Shown here in pieces: positions 44,470-57,560 of a stretch of DNA of 64,000 nucleotides. Below the pieces are notes generated by a model, which was not told where the DNA came from, ran no database searches, and saw only the letters and a program-made list of their open reading frames with translations. A program made the translations under genes and the position numbers. Within the stretch, counting starts at the first letter, position 1, and each line of letters starts with the position of its first letter. This DNA comes from the human T2T-CHM13v2.0 reference genome, Homo sapiens: the NCBI RefSeq assembly GCF_009914755.1, contig NC_060930.1. One strand, given 5' to 3'.

Positions 44470-44920
44470 AAAAACCTGAAAGTTCATCCATAGGAAAGTA
44501 GAAAAATTATGACATATTTATATGATGGAATAACTATACAACAGTGAAAAGCAATGACATTTTTATATTTGTTGATATCTATAGATCTCAAAAATATAAG
44601 GTTGGATGAAAGAAGCAATATACAAAAGAATACATAAAGTTATACTACTTGTGTAAATTTAGTAAGAGACATTATGCAATACTATAAATGGACTATGGAT
44701 AGCAATTGTATCTGGTAAAGAAGGTAGAGGAATAGGATGGGGAAGAAAAGGGAGACCTCATCTTTATGAAAAATGTATTTCTTTTACAAATCCAAATGAA
44801 TACATAAGAAGCAAAATGACAAAATGTGAACATTTGTGAATTTTGGGGGTGGATACATGAGTGTTTGTTATATTATTCTCTGTACTTTTCTGCATTTTTA
44901 AGACTTAAAAAAGAAAAAAA
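44470..44920 (+). mobile_element. Ancient L1 (L1ME-type) 3' end
   Basis: GATGGAATAACTATACAACAGTGAAAA..GATCTCAAAAATATAA..GGTGGATACATGAGTGTTTGTTATATTATTCTCTGTACTTTTCTG. Confidence 0.75.
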
Positions 44921-46279
44921 AGACTTTCATTAAATTGGGCTTGGATATAGAAAAAAAGAACTGAATTGACTGCAAAGTAACAACTCTAAAATTAGGATAA
45001 TTTGCCAAGACCTGTACTGCTCAAAAGCAATTCTCATTCCCATTCCAGTAAGAGGTTTAGTGTTGGATATTATGGATATTCATCTGACTCTGAAATATGT
45101 GCCTATATAGAATAAATGATTTTACTGTTTGAGTAGAGACTCTAAAGATAATACACTGAAAGATGCTTGCAAAATATAGGAATTGATTTTGATAATTTGC
45201 AAGACCTGATTACAGGTAGTCTGACACTTGTCAGGGTTTACCCAAAATAGTTCTATTGAACATAAGCTACCCTTGGATAAGAAGACTGAAGCACAATTAA
45301 ATTCTATCCTTTTTGCTCAAGGAAACTTTAGGATTGGCCCTTTGCTGCAAGACTCTGTTGGCCTTCCTTCTTTTACGTGGAAATAGAATTCTTATACTCC
45401 TTAGAAAACCAAAGCAAGGCCTGTAATCTTTCTTAACATGCATGTGTAACTTCCATTAACACGTATCCCAGATAATATTCCAGCACTGCTATTTTTGTTG
45501 TATGGCTCTCAGATGGAATGTAGAAAAACAGCCAGGAATGATTTTCTTTTGGTTCCAGGTCCCATGCACTTTATTTCATTTTCCAGCTGCCCTTCCTCCA
45601 CAAAACTGAAATTGAGCCTGGTTTGTTTTCTGGCTCTAAATTTGATCATAAATTGTATAAATTTATAAAGTAAATTTTATAAATGTTTTACTTAGTCGAC
45701 CTCCATTTCAAGTATGTGAAACCCCCAAACTCAGGAATATGTTCAAGTGGTAACTTTTTTTTCTTTACAAGCAGGGTACAACATGAATTTTCTCCAGACA
45801 CTGTAAGCATAGACCCAGCTCAAGGATGGTCAATGTGTATAATGGTTTCTTTCCTCCCCATCACTAACCATAGTGGCTATTGCTCGTATATTAAAGTGGT
45901 CTTTCCTGCCAATCTTAGAAGCAACCTCAGGATTTTCATCAACATTACACGCTCAATTAATCTGAATTAATACCCAAGAAGAAACCTATTTACTCTTGCT
46001 GCAGATGTACTCCAGAATGTATGGAATTACTTTCTGCTTCATAATCTGGCTAATTAAATATTGCATCAATTATATTGGTCGAGGCCATTTTTCCCTTTCA
46101 GTTTCTAATAGTAGAGTACCATCAGATGTCTAGGAAGCAAAATTGACTAAAATTTTGTGATTCTTAGATCACAAAATAAGGAATATATTTTTTCATCAAT
46201 GAAATTTCACTCACTATTTTTATCATGAGTAGAGTAAATTTATCAACCATGTTATTTATTATAATACATGGAGTGAATT

Positions 46280-46490
46280 ATTATTATGTTTCAGACATTG
46301 TGCCAAGTGTCATACATGTATTTCCTCATTTTATCTTTGCAACAACTTCATGGAGTAGGTTTTATAATTATACAGATAAGAACACTGAGGTGTAGAGAGA
46401 TTAAGGAATTTGTCCAGTAAAACCTGAAAGTGGCACATTTCTGTTTCAAATCCATATACCTCCCAAGCTCTTTAACCATTACGCTACACT
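46280..46490 (-). mobile_element. MIR SINE
   Basis: CAGACATTGTGCCAAGTG..CAACAAC..TACAGATAAGAACACTGAGG..AGAGATTAAG. Confidence 0.7.
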
Positions 46491-46569
46491 CAGTACTCAC
46501 TTTCTAATTATTTACTCCATTTTACTATTGTAACTCTTTGGTTTATTTACATCTATTGTGTCTTCATAA

Positions 46570-46755
46570 TGGAATGACTATATAATAGTATATCACTGTG
46601 CTGCTTCTCAGTTCCACATTCACACATCACACTGGTAGCTTGAAATGAGCCATAGACAGGGAATTTATGCCACAGAAGTTGGCAAATGCTACAAATTAGG
46701 GTTTTGTTTTGTTTTATTGAGACCCAGTTGTTAAACATTTACCAGAATGCCACTG
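46570..46755. mobile_element. MER63-type (hAT-Blackjack) fragment
   Basis: GGTAGCTTGAAATGAGCCA..GGCAAATGCTACAAATTAGGG..CAGTTGTTAAACATTTACCAG..CCACTG. Confidence 0.7.
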
Positions 46756-47140
46756 ACCACATTGGTGGTGTTCTTGTTATTTTTGTTTGTTATTTTTGCA
46801 GTTTGTTTTGCCCTCATTAGCTTCCTCACTAATAATATAATTTTGAGTAGAAGTTAAGATTTTGGTGGATGAATCTAATCAGAGAGTGAGAAGAATGATG
46901 AGCTTCATTAGATTATCTAGTCAAGCTGCAAATTACTTATTCAAAAAAGCCTGTATTTTAAGAACAGAAATATTTATTAGATGGCAGATAGAAAAGTAGA
47001 AAATGGGGTTTCTGAGAATAAACTGATGATTATGTGACCCTCAGATAAGTATCTAAAATTTTTTATTGTATTTATTAGAGCAAAACTGGAGAAGAATTTA
47101 CAAATTTGGTGCTCTCTCTCTGTGTGTGTATATATATATA

Positions 47141-47397
<257 letters not shown>

Positions 47398-48409
47398 TAA
47401 ACACTTTGATATATTTTATAATCTCCAGCTTTCTGCAATGTCTGGGATCACTGTCTATACAAGGTAATTTATTGTTTCAATTTCTAAAGGAAAGTGGTGA
47501 GATTTTGAGAGCAGAGCTGGGCCTGTTTTATCCTTTTATTTCCATTCTCTGTCCCACCCTCTGTCTTTTGATAATGCATAGCAATTTGTAAATACTGATA
47601 AATAACTGGAATTCATCTAGCCATAAGATTCATAGCTGGTGTTCTCTTTTTAACTTAATATATTGTATTTCCTGCAAGTCTGATAGAATATGGAACTGGG
47701 TGGAAAATTTGCATATTTCTGTTCTCATGTGGAATTGCTAAATAATATTCTAGTTCACCTTTTATATAAACCTTCAAATGAACCACTTAGCACCTCCTGG
47801 AGACCACTATTACATCAAATTTTCAAATTAATAAAATTACGTCATTATTCATTTGTTCATTCATTCAACAAATTTTTGATGAAGTAAAATAATAGTATAA
47901 GCATAACAACTGCTATTTATTGAACACTTAATATGCTCCAGGTTCTAATATACATACTTTACTGGCTGTATCCTACACAAAACACACAACAACATCATGA
48001 GGTAGCTGTTAATATTATTCCTACTTAAAATATGAAGAAACTATTATTTGGAAAGTTGAAGTTACTTGTCCAGATCTGAATCCAGATAATTGTTTCTTAA
48101 TTCTGAGCTCTTCATTGTCTAGTACCTTGCCTTTGTATGTAACACCTGTACTAGGTGTTACGTGGAATGTCAGAGAAACTTGTAATATTGTTGTGAATAT
48201 TGACCTTTCAGTCTCATTGGAGAAAATATACATGGTAATGATTACATTGAAATGGTGAGTATGTATTCATTTAGCCACAAAAATCCATCAAATGTAAAAG
48301 GCATAAATGAAGGACTTTCTTCTCAGTAATACTGGGTTTCCATTGCTATACTGCTTCCTTTTGCCAGCATAAGATATTCATATATCATGGAAAAATAGAT
48401 CAGAGAAGT

Positions 48410-48525
48410 CATGTTATATGTTTTTTAAAGATGTAATATGTTAAACATATATATGTTTAAACATGTTATATATACATGTTATATATATGTTGAAGCATGT
48501 TATATATGTTTAAACATGTTATAGG
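48410..48525. repeat. AT-rich degenerate (CATGTTATATA)n repeat
   Basis: Recurring ATGTTATATA / AAACATG units. Confidence 0.75.
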
Positions 48526-48617
48526 TTTTTTACCTTAAATATTTGGAAAGTACACTATACATTGAATTAATCTGGCTAAATAGAAACCTGATAGTATATG
48601 TTATGGACACCAAGTTA

Positions 48618-48814
48618 TTTTTTTTTTGGATTCTTCATCCTTTTTTTTATTATTATACTTTAAGTTTTAGGGTACATGTGCACAACGTGCAGGTTTGTTA
48701 CATATGTATACATGTGTCATGTTGGTGTGCTGCACCCACTAACTCTTCATTTAACATTAGGTATAGCTCCTAATGCTATCCCTCCCCCCTCCCCCCACCC
48801 CACAACAGGCCCCG
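48618..48814 (-). mobile_element. Very short L1PA (about PA4-5) 3' end with a double poly(A) and a 15-bp TSD
   Basis: TTATTATACTTTAAGTTTTAGGGTACATGTGCACAAC..CCCCACAACAGGCCCCG; TSD GACACCAAGTTATTT (48606) / GACACCAGGTTATTT (48814). Confidence 0.95.
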
Positions 48815-49354
48815 ACACCAGGTTATTTGATAGCTCTTTCACGGTTTCTTCAAACACCACCCTCTGTCACCAACTCTCTAAATAGGATATCAATGTCCGA
48901 GACTTCAGTAGCTCTTTTCCTATGGACACCAGTATTGATTGAATACTTCCTTTGCTTCTTGTGCAGTGTGCTAGAAAGTTGTCCCCAAAGTAGAATAAAA
49001 TAGATCTCCATACTCCCTGAAAAAAATAATATTTTGTAAAAGGAAATCAGTAAATGAGATTCAGTAATCACTCACAGATATTCCCTACCATCTTTGCTGT
49101 GTCTAATGTATATAAAACATAACTTAAAAACATAGCTTAACAACACTGCTCTCAAATTATATCACTTTAATTTTCATGAATTATGTTTATATATTTTGTA
49201 TCATATAACCTAAAGAAACACCAACACTTAAAATAGTTACAGACCACAAATTTGTGAGAAATTTCACTTCACACCATTTTAAATAGTTGGTATTCTCCTT
49301 ATAAATGTTATTATATATTTTATTCTCTAGACGTCTGTTAGAATATGGAGCTGA

Positions 49355-49701
<347 letters not shown>

Positions 49702-50329
49702 CTAGGATTGCCAAATAATGTTTTAGTTCACTTTTTACATAGGACTGAGTCCAAGTATATAAAATGATTTTTTTCATGGTTAATTTTAACTATTTTATGG
49801 CCTTTCGAGAGCAGTAGGTTTTAGGTATTTTTCTGGACTGTGTATTTGACTAACAACCATACAGTTCTTGTGTGAAAATTATTTAGAAATACACTTTCTT
49901 GCAGATACTACTTCCATTTGCTTGGAAATTGTCTTGGTATACTGGTGTTATTATTTTTATTTTCTCTGAAGAGATTTCATATCATTTTATACATTACAAG
50001 CATTTTTGTTTTATCATATTGAGCATATTCTAATAGCTGCTTTAAAATATTTGCCTTATAATTCCAAAATTTGTGTCATCTTTGGATTGGCATCTGTTGG
50101 TTATTTCTCCCTTAAAAGTAGATCGTGTTTTCCTGGCTGTTTGTCAAATAATTTTGAATTCTATCCTGGACACTGCAGGGATTATGTTGTGGGGACTCTG
50201 GATTCTATTACATTACTCTAAAGGTTGTTGATGTTTTTGCTTTAAAAGACAATTATCTTGGTTAGACTCAAACTGTGAACCATCTCCCCTGCAGTTATTG
50301 GTAGCTCAGTTCACCATTCAGAGTACTTT

Positions 50330-51045
50330 TGTTTTGTTTTTTATTTATTTTAAGTTTTTGATTGACAAATTATAAATGTATATTTTTATGGGGTACAACA
50401 TGATGTTTTGATATATGTATATAATATGGAATGATTAAGTAAGCTAATTAACATATCTATTACCTCACGTAATTTTTTATGGTGAGAACACTTGAAATTT
50501 ACTTTCAGTAATCTCAAAATATATAATACAACACATTATTAGCTCTAGTCACCATGTTGTGCCATAGATCTCAAAAACTTATTTCTCATATCAGTGCATG
50601 GGTGGTTCGGTGGTAGAATTCTCATCTGCCAAAAATTTATTTCTCCTGTCTAACTGAAACTTTGTTCCCTTCGACCGATATCTCTCTATTTCCCTTCCCT
50701 CCCAACCTCTGGTAACTACCAATCTACTCTGTGTTTTTATGAGTTTGACTGTTTAACTCATCCAAATAACAGAATTATCTTTTTTTAAGGCTGAGTAGCA
50801 TTCCATTGTGTATATATACCACATTTTCTTTATCCATTCATTCACTGCTGGATACTTAGGTTGTTTCTATATCTTGACAATTGTGAGTAATGCTGCAGTG
50901 AACATAGGAGTGCAGGTCTCTCTTTGACATACTGATTTCAAATCCTTTGGATATGTACCCAGAAGTAGGATACCTGGCTCATGTGGTAATTTTATTTTTA
51001 GTATTTTAAAGATCCTCCATAATGGTTTTTCATAATGCTTCTATT
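50330..51045 (-). mobile_element. L1MA (about MA7-9) 3' fragment embedded in older L1M-like sequence
   Basis: GGGGTACAACATGATGTTTTGATATATG..AAGCTAATTAACATATC..TCCATTGTGTATATATACCACATTTTC. Confidence 0.88.
50596..50631 (+). pseudogene. Tailless retropseudogene: 5' half of tRNA-Gly(GCC)
   Basis: GCATGGGTGGTTCGGTGGTAGAATTCTCATCTGCCA versus tRNA-Gly-GCC 5' end GCATGGGTGGTTCAGTGGTAGAATTCTCGCCTGCCA (33/36); flanked by the direct repeat AAAAA(C/T)TTATTTCTC. Confidence 0.92.
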
Positions 51046-52132
51046 GTGTCCTGTGCTTGCATACTTAAAAGAATAGCAAGAGACTTGAGCGGAATTTATA
51101 CACAAAACTTGGAGTCCTCTTTCTCAGGCTCTCTCCTTTATGAAGTTCCCCAGCTCACTCTCCAGTGGCTCTTTCCTCATGTTGCTCCAGCTACCCTCAG
51201 TATAAAACTGTGAAGATCTGAAACTCAACCCATACCAGTCACTTACTCCAAGTATTGACTCCCCTTCAAAATCTTCCTACTTTTGTTCACTCTCCAAGCC
51301 CCCCGGCTAGTTGTTTTTCTGTACTTTGACCAGTTGTTATTTGCAAGAGGTTCAATTAGGAGCTTACTCTTCAAGATTACAAATGGAAACTCCTATACTG
51401 ATTTTATAGAGAAAAACATTTTACTATTTGCCAGAAACACCTTGCAATAATATAGGAATGTATGAAGTTTATGATCCACGGACTAGGCAGTGGACAGTCT
51501 TCTGTGAGCAGCAGCTCTGATAATGTATGCATATTATGGCACCAGCACACACAGTTATTTTGATACTGTTAAGCTTATGGATGGTTGTTTTACATGAAGT
51601 CTACGGTTATGTTTTACATTTGCCCCTGGTCCTCACCTTCACTGAGATGCTCACTTAAAGCACTAAAGTATCCAGACTATTGAGAATTAATTCTGCTCTC
51701 AAGTAACTACGGAGCTTTACCACCATGTTCTGAGTAATTCATTACAATACGTAATATAGAATTGCCAAGAAAGTCCAACTTAAATCTCACCTACTGCCTC
51801 AGTCACTGCCATGACTGCAAGCTAAATCCTACACCTCTTCATAGTCTCCCTTTCTAACCACACTGCATATTGCTCACTGCTTGTAAAACTATCATAATTT
51901 CTATTAGTTTTGCATTACCACTATTTTGACTATGAACCCTTAATGGTGAAGACAAGCTATGTGCCTCCTATTAACATATTGAATCAAAAACTTCTACCTA
52001 GCTTGAAAACACCTTCTTGAACTGCATGCATCCCATTCTTCCAACTTGTTTTACTGCTGTAATTATGGACTTGTTCCTTTCCTTATTACGTCATAGGTAT
52101 AGCATGTCACTCTCCATGCAGACCTTTGTTGC

Positions 52133-52208
52133 AAAATGCTTAGGATATTGATGACAACTGGAGTGGATAATTTAGAAAATAAATTTAAAAAAATGCTTAG
52201 GATATTGA
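52133..52208 (+). repeat. Perfect 19-bp direct repeat flanking a 38-nt insert
   Basis: AAAATGCTTAGGATATTGA at 52133-52151 and 52190-52208. Confidence 0.9.
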
Positions 52209-53074
52209 AAGAAATACCTCTAAATTTCTACATTCTTTCTCATGCATATTCCTCCTAAAACGAACTGTTAAAGAGTATAGTGCCATATTTCTTACATGCT
52301 CTTTCTATTCCCCATAATCTCTTAGCCCTTTTTCTGCCAATGTTATACCGGATTATTCCTTTATATATTCCTATATATATTCCTTATATTTCATATAAGC
52401 ATGAAAATGTTCTTTCTCTCATTTGGATATGTAATCCTAATTAAACAAAGTCCCAGCATTTTCTTAAAAGATATGGAGCTCATCTGTCGACTTGTACCAA
52501 TATCAGATTAATTACTGTAATTATTAAGAAACATTTGAGGAATGTTGACATTCAAATCAACTATAGCATAAAACATGTACCAAAAAGATGATGACGTTAA
52601 ATAACTTTTAGAAGACTATGAATCTTGGTTGTCAAGGGGTCCTTAATTGCTATCACATTGTCTGTTGCTTAATGCACATAAAGTATAAAAGTAACTTTAA
52701 TCAAAACTAACTCAAGAATAGAACAAATAAGAAATATAATAGGATTAGTAAATTCTATTAACTGGACATTCACACACATCACGAAGCAAGGGTTCAGGAG
52801 AGATCAGGCTAAAGAGGTTTCTGGTGGAGGAGGGTCAACTCTAATGAAAACATTGGAAGTCGATGGGATGTGGAAGCATCATCTGTTGAAATGACTTCCA
52901 CAATGAGAGAGAAACATCTTTCTCTCTTAATAAATCATTACGTCTCCACTGTCCATTGCACTTTGGCCCCTGTCTTTTTACGATAGCTGGCAAGTATTCA
53001 CTGTGCCTGTAGGGCTAGACAGCAATAGGAATGATAAAAAGAAGAGTTGACAACTATGATTCATTGAATGCATA

Positions 53075-53247
53075 CTGCATGCATACATGGTGCTCATTTG
53101 TATTGGCCAGACAATTTGTAAAACCGTTATAGTAATCCTCATTTTTCAGAAGAAGAACCTGATTCTCAGGTCACAATGTAGTTTATCTAAGATCATACTG
53201 GTGGAAGTGGCATAACTGGGATTATAATTCACACCCATCTGACTCTT
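53075..53247 (-). mobile_element. MIR fragment (host of the inverted L1)
   Basis: CCTCATTTTTCAGAAGAAGAACCTGA..CTAAGATCATAC..AAGTGGCATAACTGGGATT..CTGACTC. Confidence 0.6.
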
Positions 53248-53261
53248 AAATTTAAGCTAGT

Positions 53262-54859
53262 GGCTGAACTAATTTACACTCCTACCAACAGTGTAAAAGT
53301 GTTTCTATTTCTCCACATCCTCTCCAGCATCTGTTGTTTCCTGACTTTTTAATGATCGCCATTCTAACTGTCATGAGATGGTATCTCATTGCAGTTTTGA
53401 TTTGCATTTCTCTAATGACTAGTGATGCTGACCTTTTTTTCATATGTTTGTTGGCAGTATAAATGTCTTCTTTTGAGAAGTGTCTGTTTATATCTTTTGC
53501 CCACTTTTTGATGGGGCTCTTTGTGTTTTTCTTGTAAATTTGTTTAAGTTATTTGTAGATTCTGGATATTAGCCCTTTGTTAGATGGATAGATTGCAAAA
53601 ATTTTCTCCCATTCTGTAGGTTGCCTGTTTGCTCTGATGATAGTTTCTTTGCTGTGCAGAAGCTCTTTTTAATTAGATCCCATTTGTCAATATTGGCTTT
53701 CGTTGCCATTGCTTTCGGTATTTTAGTCATGAAGTCTTTGCCCATGCCTATGTCCTGAATGGTATTGCCTGGGTTTTCCTCTAGGGTTTTTATGGTTTTA
53801 GGTCTTACATTTAAGTCTTTAATCCATCTTGAGTTAATTTTTGTATAAGGTTTAAGGAAGGGGTTCAGTTTCAGTTTTCTGCATATGGCTAGCCAGTCTT
53901 CCCAAAACTGTTCATTAAATAGGGAATCCTTTCCCCATTTCTTGTTTTTGTCAGGTTTGTCAAAGATCAGATGATTGTAGATGTGTGGCATTATTTCTGA
54001 GGCCTCTGTTCTGTTCTGTTGGTCTATATATCTGTTTTGGTATCAGTACCATGCTGTTTTGGTTACCATAGGCTTGTAGTGTAGTTTGAAGTCAGGTAGC
54101 ATGATGCCTCCAGCTTTGTTCTTTTTGCTTAGGATTGTCTTGGCTATATGGGCTCTGTTTTGGTTCCATATGAAATTTAGTGTAGTTTTTTCCAATTCTG
54201 TGAAGAAAGCCAATGGTAGCTTGATGGGGATAGCATTGAATCTATAAGTTACTTTGGGCAGTATGGCCATTTTCACGATATTGATTCTTCCTATCCATGA
54301 GCATGGTAGAAGACAGTGTGGAAATTCCTCAAGGATCTAGAACCAGAAATACCATTTGACCCAGCAATCCCATTACTGGGTATATACCCAAAGGATTATA
54401 AATCATTCTACTATAAAGACACATCCACACATATGCAGCACTGTTCACAATAGCAAAGACTTGGAACCAGCCCAAATGCCCATCAATGATAGACTGGATA
54501 AAGAAAATGTGGCACTTATACACCATGGAATACTATGCAGCATAAAAAAGAATGAGTTCATGTCCTTTCAGGGACATGGATGAAGCTGGAAACCATCATT
54601 CTCAGCAAACTTGCTCTCACTCGTATGTGGGAGTTGAACAATGAGAACACATGGACACAGGGAGGGGAACATCACACACCAGGGCCTGTCAGTGGGCTGG
54701 GGGCTATGGGAAGGATAGCATTAGGAGGAATACCTAATGTAGATGACGGTTTGATGGGTGCAGGAAACCACCACGGCACACGTATACCTATGTAACAAAC
54801 CTGCATGTTCTGTGTTCTGCACATATATCCCAGAACTTAAAGTATAATAATAAAAAAAA
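53262..54859. mobile_element. 5'-inverted (twin-primed) L1PA7/8-type insertion: minus segment 53262-54306, plus segment 54307-54859
   Basis: ORF2 remnants on the minus strand abut a plus-strand 3' end with poly(A); TSD AAATTTAAGCTAGT (53248) / AAAATTAAGCTAGT (54856). Confidence 0.95.
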
Positions 54860-56569
54860 TTAAGCTAGTAACCACTGCAAGACACAGTGCTTTTTGGAGG
54901 GAATGAGCTCATCAAATAAGGACATACCTTGTAAGCTCTCTCTGGAAAGATTCAAGTTATAGATGTAAAAAAGCTTTGAAAGCCAGAGAGTGCTACAAAG
55001 ATGCAAGGCATTGTTCCTGTTTATTTACTTTTCTTTGTTTTTCCCCTTTTCTGTAGTCACCTTTGGTAAATAGGAGAATCATCTTTAAAATGTGCAGTTC
55101 TCTTCAGGTTATTCTCTAGATCCATTCTATAATGAAACATATTCTTCAGTAACCTAAGACAGTATAAAATAGTAGAATTACTATAAGATAAACCCCTAAC
55201 CTGTATAATTCAAACTGTACATATCACCCTTTATTTTCTATTAATCTAAACTTTTGTAATGCATACCCAAACTTAAGGATCAACTAGTAAGCCTGACTCA
55301 AGTCTTCACCTTCAAGTATTGCATAAAAGCAAAATTATACCAATGAAAATAAAAGGCCTCCATAAAAATCCTGCAAAGTACACAATTTTAAAAAGTAAAA
55401 CAAATTGTAAAGTAATCAGTCCTATAGGAATGACATCCCTAACCTTTCCCTAAATTACATGAAGGTTGTGACATTTCGTGGCCACTGGTACAGCTAAATA
55501 TAAACGGATTATTCTGTGCCTGCTCCCTGTGCTTTTGCTGACTGACACAACAATTAAGGAAACAAGTTTCCTTCGTAAATTATAGCTCCATGCAGCTTTG
55601 AGTAAGCAGAAAGTGTACATTAGAAATATTTTTAGCTTGACGTGAAACTTTCCAAAGGCTCCTAATTAAGCAGTTAAGTCCAAGAAACTATAATTGCAAC
55701 TGCCAAAATAACTGGGAAATCATACCTTGGATGGGATCAATCTTAAACTAAAACTATTGTTTGGAAAATCTTATGAAAAGACTTTATTATTCTTTAACAT
55801 CCTCTTTAATAGAAGGGTACTTCTAATATTGCCCACTTTCTGAGAAATTCAGGTGCACTGTTTATTTGCAGAGTATGTATACAGTGAGTGTGTAAACAAA
55901 TACTAGCAAAAAGAATGACCGTAAGCATTGGTCATTTGTCACTAGAAAATAAACCTCCAGAGTCTTGTCCTAATGAACACTAAGATAGAGCATCACCAAC
56001 CCATGGGTCAGATATGGATTCTCACCATGGATTCAGCTATCAGAAACAGTAGAAGAGATCTTTTTAGAACACCATCTCACTTATACCTTGATCCAAAAGC
56101 TATTTAACCTCCATAGATGTGTCACATTTTCAAAAGAATGGTAGCAGAGTTTTATGCAGACTATTTCTATACAACTCAGATATCAGATATTGTTATATGA
56201 AGGTAATGATTATTATATTTTAAACACTTTCAGATGAAAACATCAGTTGCATTCATGGGAATGTTCAGAGTCAGAGCATATATGAATTTAAAATAACAGT
56301 CATCTAGCTCCTGTTGTCATAACAAAGTCATGTTACGGTCACTGATGCAGTTACCTTGATAAATCTGTGAAGGTGTTTAGAGGATTTTATATTCATGTAA
56401 TTTTAAATAAATAAGCATATTAAAGTGGTGTTTATCTCACTATTATTTTTATTTGAATTTCGTTATGTTATTATTTTGATTCAGTTTAATCCCAAATTAG
56501 AAATGTTGGTAGCAGATTAAGAGGCACAAAGTGGGCTGTCAGTAAAACTTTTTTGACAGCTGCATTTAT

Positions 56570-56745
56570 GGAATGCTTATCATGGGCACCAGGTAATGCA
56601 TGCATTTACTCACTGAATCCCCACTGCTAATGTTATAGCCATTTCTACTCAGATGAGGAGACTGAGGGTCAGAGAGGTTAGGAAGCCTGTTCAGGGTGAC
56701 ACAATACAAAGTGTCATAAATTGGGTTTGTACTCAGCCACTCTGC
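56570..56745 (-). mobile_element. MIR SINE
   Basis: CAGATGAGGAGACTGAGGGTCAGAGAGGTTA..GGTGACACA. Confidence 0.75.
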
Positions 56746-56859
56746 TTATTAACATCAGCAGTATGTTAATGGGTGAACGATTGTTAAGTGTCCCAAGAAT
56801 GAATGCAAACTACTCCAGCTTAGAGGAAATCATCAAACAACAGAATATAGTGTCAAAAA

Positions 56860-57560
56860 ATGAGACTTAAAACTAAACAAACACATCACATTTGTTTCAT
56901 ATATATATAGTTTCAGAATAGGTCCCCTGGAACACTCTCATCCTATACTAATGGCATCACCATTTCTCAAAGAGTTGTGGAGCTATCCTTGGGAACTGAT
57001 TTTAGAATCAATTAATAAGCCACTGTCTTACACAATGTAGCCTAATGGCTTCATAGTCTCACCACTCTTCTTCTAAAATTGAAGTGGGGCCTGGCACAGT
57101 GGCTCACACCTGTAATCCCAACATTGAGGTGGGAGGATTGCTTGACCTCAGGAGTTTGAGACCAGCCTAGGAAACATAGTGAGACCTCATCTCTACAGGG
57201 GAAAAAAAAAAAAAATAGCCAGGCAAGGTAGCACATGCCCTGTAGTCCCAGCTACTTGGGAGGCTGAGGCAGAAGGGTCACTTGAGCCCAGGAGGTCAAG
57301 GCTATAGTGAGCCACCATTGTGCCACTGCACTTCAGCTTGGGTAACAGAGCAAGGCTCTTTCTAAAAAAAGGACTGCCCTGACTGCTTATGTACCTTCCT
57401 TCCCAAACTTGGCTCTGAATGACATTTGGCTGTTAAAAGTGTCAAATTCATCCTCAAATGGTGAAAATGTGCCAATTGTCAAAGTAGTTAAAAGGTCCTA
57501 TTGCAATTTACTTTAATCAATTCCAAAAATGTTTTGAGTAATGAAGGCATTATTATAAAT
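56860..57560. mobile_element. Mariner-like (MARNA-type) relic interrupted by an Alu
   Basis: CCAAACTTGGCTCTGAATGACATTTGGCTGTT..TCAAATTCATCCTCAAA resembles degenerate mariner SPDLAPxDFxLF-coding DNA. Confidence 0.5.
57087..57370 (+). mobile_element. AluJ SINE (small internal deletion)
   Basis: GGCCTGGCACAGTGGCTCACACCTGTAATCCCA..TGAGCCCAGGAGGTCAAGGCT. Confidence 0.93.

Noticed and set aside
50596-50631. Functional tRNA-Gly gene
   Set aside because: The T-arm/B-box and 3' acceptor strand are absent, so it cannot fold or be transcribed as a tRNA.
56744-56772. CTTATTAACAT match to Y4 RNA and a small hairpin
   Set aside because: Only 11 nt match and the flanks do not continue the Y RNA sequence.
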